Source of the DNA: Candidatus Dojkabacteria bacterium
Lineage (GTDB): Bacteria > Patescibacteriota > Dojkabacteria > SC72
Direction of reading: 5' to 3'
Assembly: GCA_040765985.1 (NCBI GenBank)
Contig: JAXGRK010000005.1
Coordinates: 1-55,499, forward strand
DNA length: 55,499 nucleotides
Part shown: in pieces, positions 53,424 through 55,499 of the stretch
Numbering within the stretch: position 1 is the stretch's first letter
Layout: the number at the start of each line of letters is the position of its first letter
Notes under the pieces: model-generated
The model's database searches: none
Told to the model about the DNA's origin: nothing
The model's input: only the letters and a program-made list of their open reading frames with translations
Made by a program: the position numbers and the translations under genes

Positions 53424-54688
53424 CAGAGTAACTTTTCAACTTAGAGTAATATGTTAAATACAGAATTACTAATGAGATGAGTTGGATGAAAAAGGTAACC
53501 CATACTACACCCATGTATCCATACTCTTTTACGACTATCATATTTAATACGACATTTATAACCCCTGATATGAGATTTTGGACTGCCATAATCCCTGCAT
53601 GTCCTGTTGATGTGATGAGTCCAGAGTTAATTGCTGCACCTGGAATCATTTTGGGCATAGGTTAATGATATTGGGAATAGCAGCTAAGAGTATTCCATTT
53701 GAATACTGCGGAAGGAGAAAATCTATACTTATTTTTGTTAAAAACATTGAAACTGGTATAAAGAGTAAACCCCAGTAGGGAGAGAAAGAGAAGTATTTTT
53801 TTGAATAGGTTACAAATAAACAGATATTTCCTCTGATAGAATGATTCAACTACCAAAGGTGCTAATACCTGTCCAAATACTGTTATTGGAATTAAATATA
53901 CTGTATATATTTTGTTGAGTAATTCATAAGTAGCAATCTCTTCTAGCATATCGTATTTACCTAGTATTAGGATATTTACTTTAGAAAAAAGATAAAATCC
54001 CAAAGATGCCATTCCAAAGGAGAGAGAGTATCCACCGATATCTTTTAATATCTTCTTATCTAACTTAAACTCATCCTTTATGTAATATTAAAAGTGAGAT
54101 TGTATATGTTAAAAAGAATACACTTTGTGATAATATTGCTCCTGCTAGACCGTAAAAGTGAATAAGAAGATATGATACTCCTATACCAATGAATCCATTA
54201 CACAACGATACTATGGAAAGTATTTTAAACTTCTTTAACCCTCTGTATATTCCATCAACCAAAGAAGAAAGTGGTGAGACTACGATTAGTGGTAAGGCAA
54301 AAATTATATATTCATAATATTTTGAAATAGCTGTTTACCCCAAAAGAAGTGTGATTAAAGAGACCAGAATCGATATCCCAAAGATGATCAACCCAGAATT
54401 AAACAGTACTCTATTAACCTTCTCCTTATCTACCGTGTTGTATTGAGTAATGTATTTTGATGTGGCAGTAGATATTCCAAAATCTGAAAATATTACCAAC
54501 AGAGATAGAGCAGAGAATACATAGTTATATATTCCCATATCTTCCTTTGCCAGAAAGAATGTAGCAATGAAAAACATTACAGCGCTTGTTCCCTGTTTAC
54601 CAAGTACTTGTACTAATCTCCAAACGAAAAATTTAGAGAACTCTTTATTTTTCTTAAATTTCTGTATAATTAAATCTTTAAGATTCAT
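53410..54688 (-). CDS. Wzx-like polysaccharide flippase, split by several indels
   Basis: Fragments 54335..54688, 54071..54262, 53662..54012 and 53410..53658 are hydrophobic and contain DFGISTATSKY, YGLAGA, LGKYDMLEEIATY, YGYMGVVW. Confidence 0.8.
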
Positions 54689-55499
54689 AATCAGGTTGTT
54701 TTAAACTCAGTATATATTTATCTGATACTTCTCTATGAGATTGTACTCCTTTTCTTTTCTTTAATGTGTCTGATATATCCCTAAGAAAGAGAATCTTAGA
54801 GTATATGAATGAGAAGAATATACCGATATATCGTAATGTAAATGAATGATATATTGCTTCTATAAATGCTTTAAAGGTAAATAAGGGAAGCATATATATT
54901 ACTGTTGATATTTCAAAATTTTTTAATATTGCCTTTGCTTTACCACTGTAATATGTTCTTTCATTCCATGCATATCTGTATTTATCTTTCCTTTTACTTA
55001 ATCCTAAATGAACAATATACTCTTTGTTATAAAGATAGTTTTTGTATCCATATATATTTGCTCTTGTAGATATATCATCATCATCTAGGTTAAACTTTTG
55101 AGACTCATCAAAGCCACCTAGTTCATTCCAGATATCCTTTTTAATATACATAGCTCCCCCTTGGTTAATTGCTATCTCTATTGGTTTACCATATTCAATT
55201 ATTTTACTGTAATGTATTTTTCTCTTTTTCTTTTTAATACCAAATGGATAGTAGTATGTACCATATGTAGCTGTAAGTCCTGTACCTAGTTCTTCTTTAT
55301 CTAGAAAGAATGGCATAAGGAATGCTGGGTTATCTAGGGTATTGTAATATTCAGATATGTTAGTAAGGAAATTAGGATTCTCTATTAACATATCATCATC
55401 CAGAAGTAAGAGGTATTCTCCGCTAGCTTGTTTTACCCCTATATTTTTAGCAATACTTATTCCTAAGTTTTTACCATTTTCAATGAGTTTGATACTTTT
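54678..55499 (-). CDS. Glycosyltransferase family 2, 5'-truncated by the window edge
   Basis: The frame is open to the window end: KNLGISIAKNIGVKQASGEYLLLLDDD; GGFDE...DDDISTR. Confidence 0.85.
   Translation of the reverse strand, partial: KSIKLIENGKNLGISIAKNIGVKQASGEYLLLLDDDMLIENPNFLTNISEYYNTLDNPAFLMPFFLDKEELGTGLTATYGTYYYPFGIKKKKRKIHYSKIIEYGKPIEIAINQGGAMYIKKDIWNELGGFDESQKFNLDDDDISTRANIYGYKNYLYNKEYIVHLGLSKRKDKYRYAWNERTYYSGKAKAILKNFEISTVIYMLPLFTFKAFIEAIYHSFTLRYIGIFFSFIYSKILFLRDISDTLKKRKGVQSHREVSDKYILSLKQPDYES

Noticed and set aside
1-55499. CRISPR array, integrase/transposase, DGR or prophage
   Set aside because: No regularly spaced repeats, reverse transcriptase, recombinase or phage structural motifs were seen. 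The tRNA-Lys has no visible att duplication in the window.

Overview
AT-rich (roughly 30% GC by eye) bacterial chromosomal window. Its gene content (secA, recO, trpS, metK, elp3, ndk, tRNA-Lys, many orphan membrane/surface proteins, glycosyltransferases and a flippase) fits a Patescibacteria/CPR genome, possibly Dojkabacteria/WS6 (inference, not tested). The sequence carries many single-base indels, mostly in homopolymers and concentrated after ~29.4 kb, which split even essential genes such as trpS. These look like unpolished long-read errors, and I rejoined the fragments by hand. Most interesting elements: (1) a translationally coupled four-gene operon encoding a ~2,370-aa secreted Kelch-propeller/FN3 protein, a single-FN3 membrane protein, an ABC ATPase and a MacB-like permease with a duplicated extracellular insert; (2) a SAM-I riboswitch before metK with almost no P4 and an extra hairpin that can hide the start codon; (3) an unassigned terminator/antiterminator leader before the M20 peptidase; (4) a DUF5320-DUF134-ArsR-(degenerate deacetylase/glutaredoxin fusion)-peroxiredoxin cluster with visible operators; (5) a twin-arginine lipoprotein with tandem lytic transglycosylase domains; (6) a methyltransferase plus 7TM histidine kinase pair; (7) near-absence of TGA as a terminal stop codon. 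No CRISPR array, rRNA or intact mobile element was seen.
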